In this document: positions 1 to 10,281 of the stretch, in pieces | Layout: every line of letters starts with the position of its first letter | How positions within the stretch are numbered: position 1 is the first letter of the stretch | From: a virus | Taxonomy: Duplodnaviria > Caudoviricetes | Length of the DNA: 44,699 nt | IMG/VR virus record: IMGVR_UViG_3300020045_017028 | Span: 1-44,699 of that record | Reading direction: 5' to 3' (one strand) | The notes under the pieces: generated by a model | Told to the model about the DNA's origin: nothing | Seen by the model: the letters and a program-made list of their open reading frames with translations, nothing else | Database searches by the model: none | Position numbers and translations under genes: made by a program

Positions 1-1142
1 TTATTGTTCCTGTCAAAAACTCCTCGAGTATCCGCAAAATGAAATGACCCGTCTTTTGCGTAAGAGAATTTATACTTGTTGTTACCTGTACCCCATTCAT
101 CAAAAGTGCAAACTTGAGATATTGGTAAGTTTTGTATAAACTGGTAATACAGTCTTGAGTACTTTTCAACAGACCCTATTGAACCATCAAGGTATTTCAT
201 TCCAATCATATCAGACTCTTCTGCATCTGAAGATACCATTGTTCCGCATAAACCCCAGTTTCCATATGCGTTACAAACTCTATATTCTTTTGTGGAATCA
301 GGCCTTATGAATTTGTAAATCCATAAACTTTCACCTGGTAATATATAAAGATTATTGTTTCCAATAAATCTTATTGGTTGTCCAAAAGAAGATGTTATTA
401 AAGCGTTCCTCATTATACCCTGGCTCAATTCAAGCATTAAAGGCCTTCCTACAACAACAGTGTCTATATCAGGTAATGTTAATGTTATAAAATCTGTCGC
501 TGGCTCAATTATTATTTTCTTTCCAAAGTTTGCCGAAACAAAAACTGTATCAACAGAAACTAAAGATATTTGAAAATCATTTAAAGTTGGATAACCTTGA
601 GCAAGTTCACCAATCTTTGGATCAAAGTGTATATTGTAAACTTGCAATTCTGGAAATTCATCACCTGCAATTAAAAGACTGAATTCCCCTGTTGATTTAT
701 CCCATGAATAGTCAACTCCTTTATTAAGTATTCCCCTTCCATTTAATTCAGAAGGAGTTATTTCCCATCCTTTATAATCAGGCTTTCCACCTGTTCCATC
801 AAATACAAAACTTGTTTCTCCTGCAACTAAACCTTCAGTAAAACCAACAAGTATTTGTTCGTCTCCCCTAACAACAGCGTTTTCATATTGCGGAGGTACA
901 ACACTAAATGTTGAAAGATTAGTTACGACTACATCTGAAATACTTATTTCGTCAAAAGAAACTTTGTAGTTATCTCTTGGTAAACCTGGAAAAGACCATA
1001 CCCTTGCAGGGTGTCCAGCAGTTGAATCAATAATTTCAGCGATCATTGCCAAAGGGTCACTTTCCTTATAAACAGATGCTCTTATCCTATTAGATATAGT
1101 AGGCCATGCTGTTGAGTATGCGTTTAGTCCTGTAGTTGGCAT
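1..1142 (-). CDS. Tail protein with phage tail-collar-like region (3' end runs off the window; absent from ORF track)
   Basis: Manual translation from ATG at 1142 (MPTTGLNAYSTAWPTISNRIRAS...). The same frame reads ...YAKDGSFHFADTRGVFDRNN at the window edge, resembling the collar F-x-x-P-D-x-R-G-x-F motif. Lies directly downstream of the tail tip gene. Confidence 0.8.
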   Translation of the reverse strand, partial: MPTTGLNAYSTAWPTISNRIRASVYKESDPLAMIAEIIDSTAGHPARVWSFPGLPRDNYKVSFDEISISDVVVTNLSTFSVVPPQYENAVVRGDEQILVGFTEGLVAGETSFVFDGTGGKPDYKGWEITPSELNGRGILNKGVDYSWDKSTGEFSLLIAGDEFPELQVYNIHFDPKIGELAQGYPTLNDFQISLVSVDTVFVSANFGKKIIIEPATDFITLTLPDIDTVVVGRPLMLELSQGIMRNALITSSFGQPIRFIGNNNLYILPGESLWIYKFIRPDSTKEYRVCNAYGNWGLCGTMVSSDAEESDMIGMKYLDGSIGSVEKYSRLYYQFIQNLPISQVCTFDEWGTGNNKYKFSYAKDGSFHFADTRGVFDRNN

Positions 1143-1328
1143 ATCTTAATTGTTATGTAAATATACTAAAAAATTCGATACAAATACACGCTGTGGAATG
1201 TATGTTAAAAAGTAAATAAATCGTTTGTACGATCATTACATCGTTACGGATGGCATTTAATACCATATATGCGCAATTATACACAACGTTAAAAATCGGC
1301 AATGACGGGATTTAAAATGCATCAAAAC

Positions 1329-4300
1329 CTATTCGTTTTCTATTTCTATATTCAAAAGTGTACCTGAAGGCATACCAAATGCTTCTGCATCAACAGTAAG
1401 TATTATTCCGTTTATATTGCTACTTTCTGATTGATCTTCATTTACTGAAGACCCTGTTGTATTATAATTTGGTTTTACTTTTAAAGTGTAATAATATAAA
1501 GGATGTCCATCTACATCATCTGATATTGTAGGCTTTCCACTTATAGTGTACTTTATATCATTTGTTTTAAAGTCGTCAAGCTGGCAAAACGAACAAGCCT
1601 TAAGATATAAATAATCAGGAAGTCCATAAGCTGTTCCAAATCTTATTTCTCTTTCTTTTGTAAATCTGAAATAAACGCTTTCGGTATCTCCTGATTCTTC
1701 ATTTGAAACAGTATTTTCTGAATCTGCCTTCCATTTTTTTACAATCCCTTCTATCCGCAAAAAAGAAATTATTCCGGTTGAATAAAAGAATCCGACTAGA
1801 TTATTTGAGTGTCTAGATTCTATTGCTATTGTATTTTTCCATCTCTCTTTTGTTTGAATCCTTTCACTTATCATTAATGGAGTGTCATTAGAACACATAA
1901 CAAAAAAGTACTGATCTTCAGGATAATCTTCCATATCAAAACTAACCTCTTGTACAACTTCAGGTAGTACTATAGGAGACGGCGTAACAGGTTCGTAATC
2001 TTTCTCATCAATAAGTAATGCATCAGAACACCTGTACATTTTTAAGTTCATTCCAATAACTCCGTTAACTATTATTTGGTCTTTTAAAGGATCTGATGTA
2101 TTAAGTTTTTGTATGTAATCAGGATTTAGTGACCACTGATCATTTCTATTGTTGAACCATTCCTGATATAAATCAGCAGAGTTATATTTAGCAGGTAGTT
2201 CAAATCCGTACTTAACAAAGTGGAGTGTATTATAATCGCTCCTGTATACTCTATTTTTCATTAGTTTGATTGAAGTTCCATTTTTATAAAGATTCAATAA
2301 AGACTGATAAGATGTATCAGGAGACAACAACAATTTCCACTCTTGGACTTCTGCTGTTATATTGCTGATTTTCATATTGCCTATTGGCATTGCATATATT
2401 TCGGTTCCTCTGAAAGTTGTTTTTATTAAACTTACGTTATTAAAATCATAAAGTGTTTTAGCAAATGAGTTCAAAGCATTAACCTTTATATTTGCGTATT
2501 CAAGAACTGCTATCGGATTCCCCAATGAATTTGTAGGAATGTTCTCTCTTTCCATTACAGTTTTTCCGTTAAGAACTGTTACTAAATTACCGTTCTTGTC
2601 TGGCTGCTGGAAAGTTATAAAATTGTTTTGCTGGCTGTTCATTATTGCAGATAACATCGGATACCAGTTTTCCAACATATTCTTTGGACGGAAACGAGTA
2701 TTGAAAACTGTATTATCTGTTACGCCTGTTATTGAACTAAACAATGGTCTTTCAAGTAAATACCCTTTTACGCTAACTCCAACAGTGTGATCAATTAAAG
2801 ATGTTGAAACAACACTTAATCCATTTCTTATTGGAGCAACTACAATAGGTGTTCCGCTAACAGAATCAATGTATGAAACTGGAACAACTTGGTATTCCCA
2901 GTTTCCATTAACGTCTGCTATTGCAGTTCCAAGTGCAGCATACTTAACATAGTTCAACCATAATGTAACAGATGTACCTGGTATTGCAACTCCTTTTATT
3001 AAAGGTAGATTATTTATTATTACTGTTCCATCTATCTTTCCATTTATATCTGTTATAAGCGGATATGCTACATTAGTGTCTACATCAAAATTTGCAGTAT
3101 CTGAACCTAAATTAACTGACAATAAATGATTTCCATTAGTAAAAGGTACTATAACTTGGAATGACCATTTATTAGATTCGTCTGCAACGACTGTAGCTAA
3201 AGCAACTCCATCTAATACTATATTAATGCTTGTACCAGTCTCTGCAACTCCATGTATTAAAGGTTTATTGTCATACAGGCCATCACCTGTGTTAGGATAA
3301 ACCATTTGTGTATTTATAACTATTCCTGTGTTTATAGTTATTGTAACAGCAGATGACGGAGCAGATAAATCAGTATAAGTTACTTCTATATTATGAATAC
3401 CTGTTGTTACACCTAAAACATAAGATGACAAAGTATTAACTATAACATGAGACCAATTACCGTTTACATCTGAAACTGTTGTTCCATCAAAAACTGTATC
3501 AACATAAATATTTACATTTGAACCGGCAGGGGCAATCCCTTTTATAATAGGCTTATCATTACTTATAACGTCGTTATCATAAGGAGTTTTTATTATTGGC
3601 TGTAAAGGTACATTGTTTACAGTTATATTTTCAAAAGTTTGAACGTTCTCAATTGCCCCTCCAAGTTCATCTGTTATCTGTGCAACATAAACAGATTTAT
3701 CACCAGTGTTATCTTTTGTGGATTGCCCTAAATAATCCTGTATTAAAAATTGTATATCGAAACATCCAAGCCTGTATTTAGATACTAAATCAAGTTTTTT
3801 ATTTACATTTAATAAAGGCATTGACCAAGAGTCTTCTGAATTAAATTCCAGCCTTCCGCTTGAATGCCTATAATCAATTGCCCTTGATCCAGCAACAACT
3901 TCATTATACATATAATCTTTTGCAGGAACAAGTGTTACATCAATAGCTTCTTTAAGATCAAGAACTGATGGAGTTTTCTTATAAACTTCAATAGCTTTTT
4001 CCATAGAAAGAACTCCATTAGAATTCTTTAATGCCATAAAATTTATTGAATTAAAACTTGAAAAGAACTCGTAAAAAGAACTGTATAATCTTGCATCAGG
4101 AACTTCACGAAGAGAATCTCCTGAAAAGCATATAGCTTTGTTGTTTTCCTCAAAAAATAACGATGATACTGTAAATCTGTTATTTGTTGCGCTTTTTGAA
4201 AGGCTTTGAAGTAAATCAAGAGGCCTTAATCCATATCTTATAACTGGTTGCGCTCTTGTCTTTAATGAAACGTAACTGTTAGAAGTTATTGGAGTTATTG

Positions 4301-5303
4301 TAATATTTGCATCAGGATGACCGTTTATCTCTATCACTAAAAACAAACTTTCACTTACAGCTAATGCAGTATTAAAATCAAAATTGACAGTGTATATCTT
4401 ACCATTAACAAGTCTTCCTGAAAGATATCCATTATTGAATAATGTGTGTACAACTCCAAAACTGCTTCTTACACTTATCCTGCAACCTTCATTACCTGTT
4501 ATTGGATTAAGTATATTCCATTGAAACTGAAAAGACCCTTGTATATTAACTTCGCTTATTGCATAAACAGTTTTAAAGAACCATCCTGGATGATCAGAAA
4601 GGGCATTGAAGTTTGGAGACCCGGGAGTTGTATAAAATATAGATGTTAATGACTGACTTTTAGATATAACACCTACGTTATCACCATCTTCATTTATTAA
4701 AACAAATGGCATTAACTGTCCAGACACAAGTCCATCCTGAGGTCTAATTGGAGACTGAACAGTTTGAAATGTCAACTTGCTAACCAAAGTGATTCCATCA
4801 AACAAAACCCTTACAGCTTTACTATTGCTTGGTGAACAATCTACAGAGTAAACAACTTTATCATTTTGAGATATTAAACCCCATGCTGAGTCATCAACTA
4901 CAGGAACAGTGAATTTTCCCATTTTTGGATCTTCATGTTTTTCAGACATGTCTATCTTACCATAATAAGATAGTTCATAGATATTAGAAATTCCGTTCCA
5001 CTCCAAAACTGTTAAGTAACAATCCTGTTGTGATTTTTTACCATTATAATAAAGATACCTTAATATAGCTGCACCATCTTTAATAAAATCAAGAGGATAC
5101 GCTATAGTTCTAACTAAGCTAAAATACTCTCTATTTGTACCAAATTCCATTGCAGTTCCAAGTAAATTGGAAGGATTGTATCTTATAGGGTACGGACTTG
5201 CTGAACGAGTTATTGTATAATCTCCGTTCAATTCTTTTTTAGCCTGCAAAAACTTTTTGTTCTCGTCAGAAATAAATAAATATATGTTCTTATGCTCTCT
5301 CAT
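1329..5303 (-). CDS. Tail tip/hub protein with three bacterial Ig-like (Big) repeats
   Basis: 1324 aa, follows the tape measure gene. Repeats: PIIKGIAPAGSNVNIYVD..DVNGNWS, PLIHGVAETGTSINIVLD..DESNKWS, PLIKGVAIPGTSVTLWLN..DVNGNWE. Confidence 0.75.
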   Translation of the reverse strand: MREHKNIYLFISDENKKFLQAKKELNGDYTITRSASPYPIRYNPSNLLGTAMEFGTNREYFSLVRTIAYPLDFIKDGAAILRYLYYNGKKSQQDCYLTVLEWNGISNIYELSYYGKIDMSEKHEDPKMGKFTVPVVDDSAWGLISQNDKVVYSVDCSPSNSKAVRVLFDGITLVSKLTFQTVQSPIRPQDGLVSGQLMPFVLINEDGDNVGVISKSQSLTSIFYTTPGSPNFNALSDHPGWFFKTVYAISEVNIQGSFQFQWNILNPITGNEGCRISVRSSFGVVHTLFNNGYLSGRLVNGKIYTVNFDFNTALAVSESLFLVIEINGHPDANITITPITSNSYVSLKTRAQPVIRYGLRPLDLLQSLSKSATNNRFTVSSLFFEENNKAICFSGDSLREVPDARLYSSFYEFFSSFNSINFMALKNSNGVLSMEKAIEVYKKTPSVLDLKEAIDVTLVPAKDYMYNEVVAGSRAIDYRHSSGRLEFNSEDSWSMPLLNVNKKLDLVSKYRLGCFDIQFLIQDYLGQSTKDNTGDKSVYVAQITDELGGAIENVQTFENITVNNVPLQPIIKTPYDNDVISNDKPIIKGIAPAGSNVNIYVDTVFDGTTVSDVNGNWSHVIVNTLSSYVLGVTTGIHNIEVTYTDLSAPSSAVTITINTGIVINTQMVYPNTGDGLYDNKPLIHGVAETGTSINIVLDGVALATVVADESNKWSFQVIVPFTNGNHLLSVNLGSDTANFDVDTNVAYPLITDINGKIDGTVIINNLPLIKGVAIPGTSVTLWLNYVKYAALGTAIADVNGNWEYQVVPVSYIDSVSGTPIVVAPIRNGLSVVSTSLIDHTVGVSVKGYLLERPLFSSITGVTDNTVFNTRFRPKNMLENWYPMLSAIMNSQQNNFITFQQPDKNGNLVTVLNGKTVMERENIPTNSLGNPIAVLEYANIKVNALNSFAKTLYDFNNVSLIKTTFRGTEIYAMPIGNMKISNITAEVQEWKLLLSPDTSYQSLLNLYKNGTSIKLMKNRVYRSDYNTLHFVKYGFELPAKYNSADLYQEWFNNRNDQWSLNPDYIQKLNTSDPLKDQIIVNGVIGMNLKMYRCSDALLIDEKDYEPVTPSPIVLPEVVQEVSFDMEDYPEDQYFFVMCSNDTPLMISERIQTKERWKNTIAIESRHSNNLVGFFYSTGIISFLRIEGIVKKWKADSENTVSNEESGDTESVYFRFTKEREIRFGTAYGLPDYLYLKACSFCQLDDFKTNDIKYTISGKPTISDDVDGHPLYYYTLKVKPNYNTTGSSVNEDQSESSNINGIILTVDAEAFGMPSGTLLNIEIENE

Positions 5304-5306
5304 TAA

Positions 5307-8300
5307 TTACCCTAGTATTGTCTTTTTATAACTTTCAAATCCGAGATCTATATTTATTATATTCCTGTTTATAACACTTGTATTCTTTTGTGATTTTTCA
5401 AACTGTTTTGCAAGCCACTTTGTTTGATCCCAGTTATCAAAAGGTTTTGATTTTCCAAACTCTGGATGATCAAGTATCGGAACAACTTCTGTACCTTTTG
5501 GAAGATAAGAGATGTTATCCTCAAAAACAAGGTATGGCGACTTATAAGGCTCGTAAACAACTTCAGGTTTTCCTTTTTCACCAGTACGTGCAAGGCCTCC
5601 AGGGTGCTTTTTTCCTTTTGTACCTTTTTCGTATGCAGGTATATTAATGCTTGCTAATTTTGCAGCTTCTGCTCCACCGGCTACACCTGCAGCAATTGCA
5701 AGCGGAGGGGTTTTAAGTAAAGATGCAACAGCTATACCTGTACTTATAAGTATATGAGCAATACCAATATCACGATCGAAAACAGCCTGTTGTCTTTTAA
5801 TTTTTCTTTCTTCTGCAGCAGCGTCTTTATTTCTTTCAGCTTTTTGCGCTTCAAGTTGAATTTCAAGTGCTGCTTTATCTTTTGCTGTTAAAGATGATTT
5901 TTCAACTGCTCCAATTTCGTTATCAAGTTGCTCCTGTATAATATCGTTAGCAAGTTTAACTTTTTCTGCTCTTGCTTGGTATTTTTTATCTTCTATATCT
6001 TTAATTGTTTGATACAAAGAGTCTTCAACTTGCTTTATAGCTTGTGCATACTGTTGCTTATTTTTTAAATCTTGCTCGTAACCAAGTTTAGCTTTTTTTA
6101 GCTTATCAGATTCAAGATTATCAGTCTCTGATTTAGTTTTTAACTCAATGTTTTTAATAGAATTTTTATAACCTTCGTATTGCCCAACTGCTTTATCATA
6201 AGCCTTTTGTGCGTCTGCCTCTCCAATTCCTGCATCTTTAGCAAAATTAAGATTATTTTTAGTTACATCAACTTCATCGGATGCCACTTGTAATAAAGAT
6301 ATCTGTTTTTTCAGCAACTCTTGCAATCTTTTAATAGCTGACTCATCATCACGTATAGAAGATTCAATAAACTCTCTTCCATACTTCCTGTTTATTTCAT
6401 TTCTTTCTTTAGCATAATTTGCATAAGATATTTTCTTTGCCTTGAATGATTCATTATTTTTTTCAAGTTCTGATGCATATTGCCTGCTGCTTGCTTCTTC
6501 GTTTATCCTGTTTGTATCAGTAACAAGTTTAAGTTCTTTTTGTGTTGAAGTGTAAACTATATCAAATACTTTTTTCTCAACATCAGATTGTATACTTATT
6601 CTTCTTTCTGCAGCTTCTGCAAGTACAGCGTCACGCTTAGCTTTTGAAGTTGCATCACCTGTTTTAAACTCATCTTTATCAAGATCCCTTTTAGCTTGAA
6701 CGTCTTCAATTTGTTGTTTAAGTTCAACATATTTAAGAAGCGCTTGTATTCTTTCTTCAAGTGACTTCTCAACGTTTGTAGTTATCTTTTCATTTGTTAT
6801 AGCAGTAGTATTTAAAGATGCTATATCAATTTTTTCTTGTGCACTCAAACGTTCTTGACGAGCAGCCTCTTCAAGTTTATATATTTCAAAATTCTTTTTT
6901 CTTTCAGCTTCAATATTCTTTCTTGTAGCTTCTTGAATTACAACATTAGACTCTGTTGTAAGTGAACCATCTGCATTTCTTGCATCAGGCCTTGATAAAG
7001 TGTAATTTTTTAATGCGTTGTTTTCTCTTACACTTTGATTAAAGTTAGATATTATTGCATCACGTTTTGCTTTAACAGATTTTATCTCTTCGTCTAGTAT
7101 AATTTCGTTTTTGTTTTTTGTGGACGCAACTTCGTTTTTAATAGTTTCAAGATGTAACTTTCTCTTTTGCTCTTCTTTATACTGAGTTATTTCTATTTCT
7201 TTATCAGCAAGCTGCTGTACTTCAATAGCATTTCTTTCGTTTATCCCTTTTTGCTTATTATAACTCTCAAGTGCTATATCATACTGGCCTTGTTTAGCTT
7301 TTTGTATCAACTTTTCTTTTTCATCCCTGTTACCGAAGTATGTATCAGGCATATGTTGACCTTGCGCTGATTCAAGTACACGCTGATTTGCAGATTTTAA
7401 TTCAAGTTCTGCTTTTACTAATTCGTTTTGTAATTTATCAAGATTTTTAAAACCTTCAGTTGCAAAAAAGTCTGCATTTGCACTATTCTTTGCAAACACC
7501 ATTGCTTTTTTCTCACTTTCAAGTATATCAAGAGGTGATTTACCTATTGCACGATTTGAAGATATAACGTTTGATTGATACTGATTAAAACCAAGGTTTG
7601 TCCTTAATGCAGAGTTTACATCTTCAATTATTTTTAAGTAATTTTTTGTATACTCATTTAAAGCTATCTGTTTATTAATAACTTTTTCTTCTGCATTTGT
7701 AAATAAACCAAGTTCATCTACAGCTTTACCTATAGCTTCAAAAGCAAGATTGAATATACCGGCTATTCCTAAACCAGGTAATATATATGCAATTGTCCTC
7801 AAATGTGAAAATGCTGTTGTTAATCCTTTACCGAGTTTATTTGCTCCGTCAGTAGCCTTATCAATATTCTTTTCAATATCGTTTATTACAGTTGAAGTCC
7901 TTTGAAGTTCAGTAAATGCTGTCATTACAGCAGGGTCTTTAGAAGCATTATTTGCAACTCCGCCTTTAGCAATAAACATATTTGCATAATCTTGAGCCTG
8001 CTGTTTTTGAACCATTTTCAACTGCTCAAGTTCGTTATTAAGAATCCTTGTTGCTTTAGCTTCATCAAGATCGGCTTTAGCTTTTTGAGAACTTGCTAAT
8101 GCTGCATCCTTTTTAGATCTTTCAAGTTGCTTTTCTAAAGTTATCTCTTCTTGCTTATCTCTTTTTATTTGTTTTTGCCTATCAGCCTCTGCTTTAGCTT
8201 GGTCAGCTATCGCTTTTTTATCAGCCAGCCTTGCTTGAACAGATGCGTTTTGAGATTTAGCATACTCAAGTAAAGCACGATTTGCTTCTTGAGTTTCAAC

Positions 8301-8615
8301 TTTTTGTTTAGCTTGTTCTGCAGTAAATTCTTTTGTTGCAGCAGCAGCTTTTGTTGTTGAAGATGAAGATGAAGATAAACCTGTTTTAAGTTCAGATAAC
8401 TTTGTATTCATTTCGTCTAACAACTTTGATGTTGCAGAAACAGAAGCATTAAAATCTGTTAATCCTGCACCCATTACTGGATTCCAAGATTTTCCGTCAT
8501 ACTTATCTAACTTATTAAAAAGTTTAATAAATCTTTCTATCGTAGCTTCTTTCGTTGCATCAAAAGATGTAACGTCAATTCCTAACGAAATAAAGTTCTG
8601 ACCTTGATCTGACAT
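5307..8615 (-). CDS. Tail tape measure protein
   Basis: 1102 aa, helical and K/E/A-rich with hydrophobic patches. C-terminal PAYEKGT..GGLARTGEKGKPEVV motif typical of tape measure ends. Position in the tail module fits. Confidence 0.9.
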   Translation of the reverse strand: MSDQGQNFISLGIDVTSFDATKEATIERFIKLFNKLDKYDGKSWNPVMGAGLTDFNASVSATSKLLDEMNTKLSELKTGLSSSSSSTTKAAAATKEFTAEQAKQKVETQEANRALLEYAKSQNASVQARLADKKAIADQAKAEADRQKQIKRDKQEEITLEKQLERSKKDAALASSQKAKADLDEAKATRILNNELEQLKMVQKQQAQDYANMFIAKGGVANNASKDPAVMTAFTELQRTSTVINDIEKNIDKATDGANKLGKGLTTAFSHLRTIAYILPGLGIAGIFNLAFEAIGKAVDELGLFTNAEEKVINKQIALNEYTKNYLKIIEDVNSALRTNLGFNQYQSNVISSNRAIGKSPLDILESEKKAMVFAKNSANADFFATEGFKNLDKLQNELVKAELELKSANQRVLESAQGQHMPDTYFGNRDEKEKLIQKAKQGQYDIALESYNKQKGINERNAIEVQQLADKEIEITQYKEEQKRKLHLETIKNEVASTKNKNEIILDEEIKSVKAKRDAIISNFNQSVRENNALKNYTLSRPDARNADGSLTTESNVVIQEATRKNIEAERKKNFEIYKLEEAARQERLSAQEKIDIASLNTTAITNEKITTNVEKSLEERIQALLKYVELKQQIEDVQAKRDLDKDEFKTGDATSKAKRDAVLAEAAERRISIQSDVEKKVFDIVYTSTQKELKLVTDTNRINEEASSRQYASELEKNNESFKAKKISYANYAKERNEINRKYGREFIESSIRDDESAIKRLQELLKKQISLLQVASDEVDVTKNNLNFAKDAGIGEADAQKAYDKAVGQYEGYKNSIKNIELKTKSETDNLESDKLKKAKLGYEQDLKNKQQYAQAIKQVEDSLYQTIKDIEDKKYQARAEKVKLANDIIQEQLDNEIGAVEKSSLTAKDKAALEIQLEAQKAERNKDAAAEERKIKRQQAVFDRDIGIAHILISTGIAVASLLKTPPLAIAAGVAGGAEAAKLASINIPAYEKGTKGKKHPGGLARTGEKGKPEVVYEPYKSPYLVFEDNISYLPKGTEVVPILDHPEFGKSKPFDNWDQTKWLAKQFEKSQKNTSVINRNIINIDLGFESYKKTILG

Positions 8616-9181
8616 TATTGTTGTTTAACTAAGTCTTTTTGTTGTTTAATCATTAAAGCAAGCTCTTCAACTGTTGTGCTATCCCAATTTATAGAATACC
8701 CCTCTTTCCCCAATGAATTAACAGTCCTTATAAATGAGTTCCTGCTTTCTTTTACTGTTTGTTTTTTAGAAGTCTTTTTTGTTTTTCTAAAATCGTTAAG
8801 ATTTTTTATAGACTCTTCAAGAATAGATTCGTATATATCTTCTCTTGACTTTATATCCTCTATACGTTTTAAAAAATCTTCTTTGTCAACCCATTTAAGA
8901 TAATGTCCATACTTCTTAAGTTTTTCAAAAGCTGGCTTATAAGCAATATCAAATTCTTTAAGAAACAAAAGTTGCAACTCAATAAAATTATCAATAAACT
9001 TTATCCTATTAAAAACGAACTGTATATAAGACGATTGAGCAAACTCTTCTGTTTCGTATAACTCTGCTGTATCTGCATATTCAACTTCAACAATTTTTAA
9101 TTGCTCTTCAGAAATAATATCCCTTTTATCAGAATATAATGCATCTCTAAATTGCCGTATTGTATATAGTTCGTATGCCAT
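8615..9181 (-). CDS. Hypothetical protein, possible tail assembly chaperone
   Basis: 188 aa helical protein translationally coupled (TAATG) to the tape measure gene. Confidence 0.5.
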   Translation of the reverse strand: MAYELYTIRQFRDALYSDKRDIISEEQLKIVEVEYADTAELYETEEFAQSSYIQFVFNRIKFIDNFIELQLLFLKEFDIAYKPAFEKLKKYGHYLKWVDKEDFLKRIEDIKSREDIYESILEESIKNLNDFRKTKKTSKKQTVKESRNSFIRTVNSLGKEGYSINWDSTTVEELALMIKQQKDLVKQQ

Positions 9182-9642
9182 TATTGCCTTACTTTTGCAT
9201 TGAATGCAACTTTTAATTGAGGAATAAGTATTTCTTTACTAAATTTTTCAAGATTTTTTTTATTCAAGTGCATTATTTTTGTACCTGATTGCAATATTAT
9301 TTCGTTGAAATACGGTATATCGCTGTCAAAAATGAACGATTCGCCTGAAGCAAATACATATATTGAATTATAAAAAGCACCGCTGAAATAGTTTGTAATC
9401 CATCCTGTTTCTTTACCTAAGCCTGATCCAAAACGCTCTTTATTAAAAATTGTTTTATCTGAATAATATTCTCTTCCAAATACCTTTACATCATTTCCGT
9501 CACCATCTTTACCTTCAGCCAATTGAGATTTTAACAAACTTGCAATAAAATCTCCATTTTGGTTAATTATATTTGCAGTTTCAGTTGCAATGTCAAACCT
9601 TTGAAGTTTTTGAATTTTATTGAATAGATCAGTTAACGGCAT
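9181..9642 (-). CDS. Putative tail completion/neck protein (HK97 gp10-like)
   Basis: Likely start MPLTDLFNK at 9642, because the longer track ORF overlaps a terminator. Contains QLAEGKDGDG..YS....K...SGAFYNSI, a pattern typical of such proteins. Confidence 0.55.
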   Translation of the reverse strand: MPLTDLFNKIQKLQRFDIATETANIINQNGDFIASLLKSQLAEGKDGDGNDVKVFGREYYSDKTIFNKERFGSGLGKETGWITNYFSGAFYNSIYVFASGESFIFDSDIPYFNEIILQSGTKIMHLNKKNLEKFSKEILIPQLKVAFNAKVRQ

Positions 9643-9657
9643 ACTACTCTTTAACTT

Positions 9658-9685
9658 AAAAACGCTGCCTCTTTCGAGAACAGCG
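9658..9685 (-). terminator. Intrinsic terminator
   Basis: Minus strand CGCTG-TTCTCGAAAGAGG-CAGCG followed by TTTTT. Confidence 0.6.
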
Positions 9686-9714
9686 CCTTTTATTATCAAC
9701 AAACCAACAACTTA

Positions 9715-10161
9715 TTATAAATACATTCTGAATTTGATAACCTCATTAAGAAGTTGACCATCTGAGTATGCATCAGAATTTCTTAATTGGCCTGATGATG
9801 TTTCAAGAAGTAAAACTGTATCAGAATTTTTTCCTAATCTCCATGTACCTGCAGAATAAGAGTACACATTTGAATTAACTGTAGGAACTTGTCCAGGAAA
9901 AACACCTGTTAATGAGTACACTCCAGTAGAAACTCTTGCCATAGTTATTGGGCCAAATTCATTTAAAAATGTTACACTTACAGTAGGTGCGTTTGTCCCT
10001 GCTTGTGATACCCTTGCTTCAAACTCAATGTATGGCCTTATGTATTCCTTTACAACATCTACATCAAAAGATGCGTTATCTACTCCTGAAAGACCTACAA
10101 GTTTTTCAGTTCCGTTCATTACGGTTACTTCTGTAAAGTCTGAAAATTTAACGTCTGCCAT
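9715..10161 (-). CDS. Putative tail-tube decoration/short fibre protein
   Basis: 148 aa, beta-rich. N-terminus MADVKFSDF resembles the MAxxK(I/F)SxL starts of phage fibre/decoration proteins. Directly downstream of the tail tube gene. Confidence 0.55.
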   Translation of the reverse strand: MADVKFSDFTEVTVMNGTEKLVGLSGVDNASFDVDVVKEYIRPYIEFEARVSQAGTNAPTVSVTFLNEFGPITMARVSTGVYSLTGVFPGQVPTVNSNVYSYSAGTWRLGKNSDTVLLLETSSGQLRNSDAYSDGQLLNEVIKFRMYL

Positions 10162-10173
10162 AATATGTTTTTT

Positions 10174-10200
10174 AAAAGTAGCGTTATTTCTAACGCTACT
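10174..10200 (-). terminator. Intrinsic terminator after the frameshift-extended tail tube gene
   Basis: Perfect 10-bp stem AGTAGCGTTA-GAAA-TAACGCTACT followed by TTT on the minus strand. Confidence 0.75.
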
Positions 10201-10205
10201 GTGAA

Positions 10206-10281
10206 TTATTCAGGAACTATTGTATCGCCGGATTCTGTGACCAGACCATCGCCGGCTTCCGTGGTCAGTCTTGCGTTAGGG
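10206..10281 (-). other. Programmed +1 frameshift site (CCC-TAA) and 23-codon extension of the tail tube protein
   Basis: The gene ends ATT CCC TAA. The +1 frame reads NARLTTEAGDGLVTESGDTIVPE* with its stop at 10206-10208, just before the terminator. Confidence 0.8.

Noticed and set aside
8615-9702. Canonical -1 tail-chaperone (lambda G/GT) frameshift
   Set aside because: The genes are coupled by TAATG overlaps, and there is no overlapping start-less downstream frame that would need a shift.
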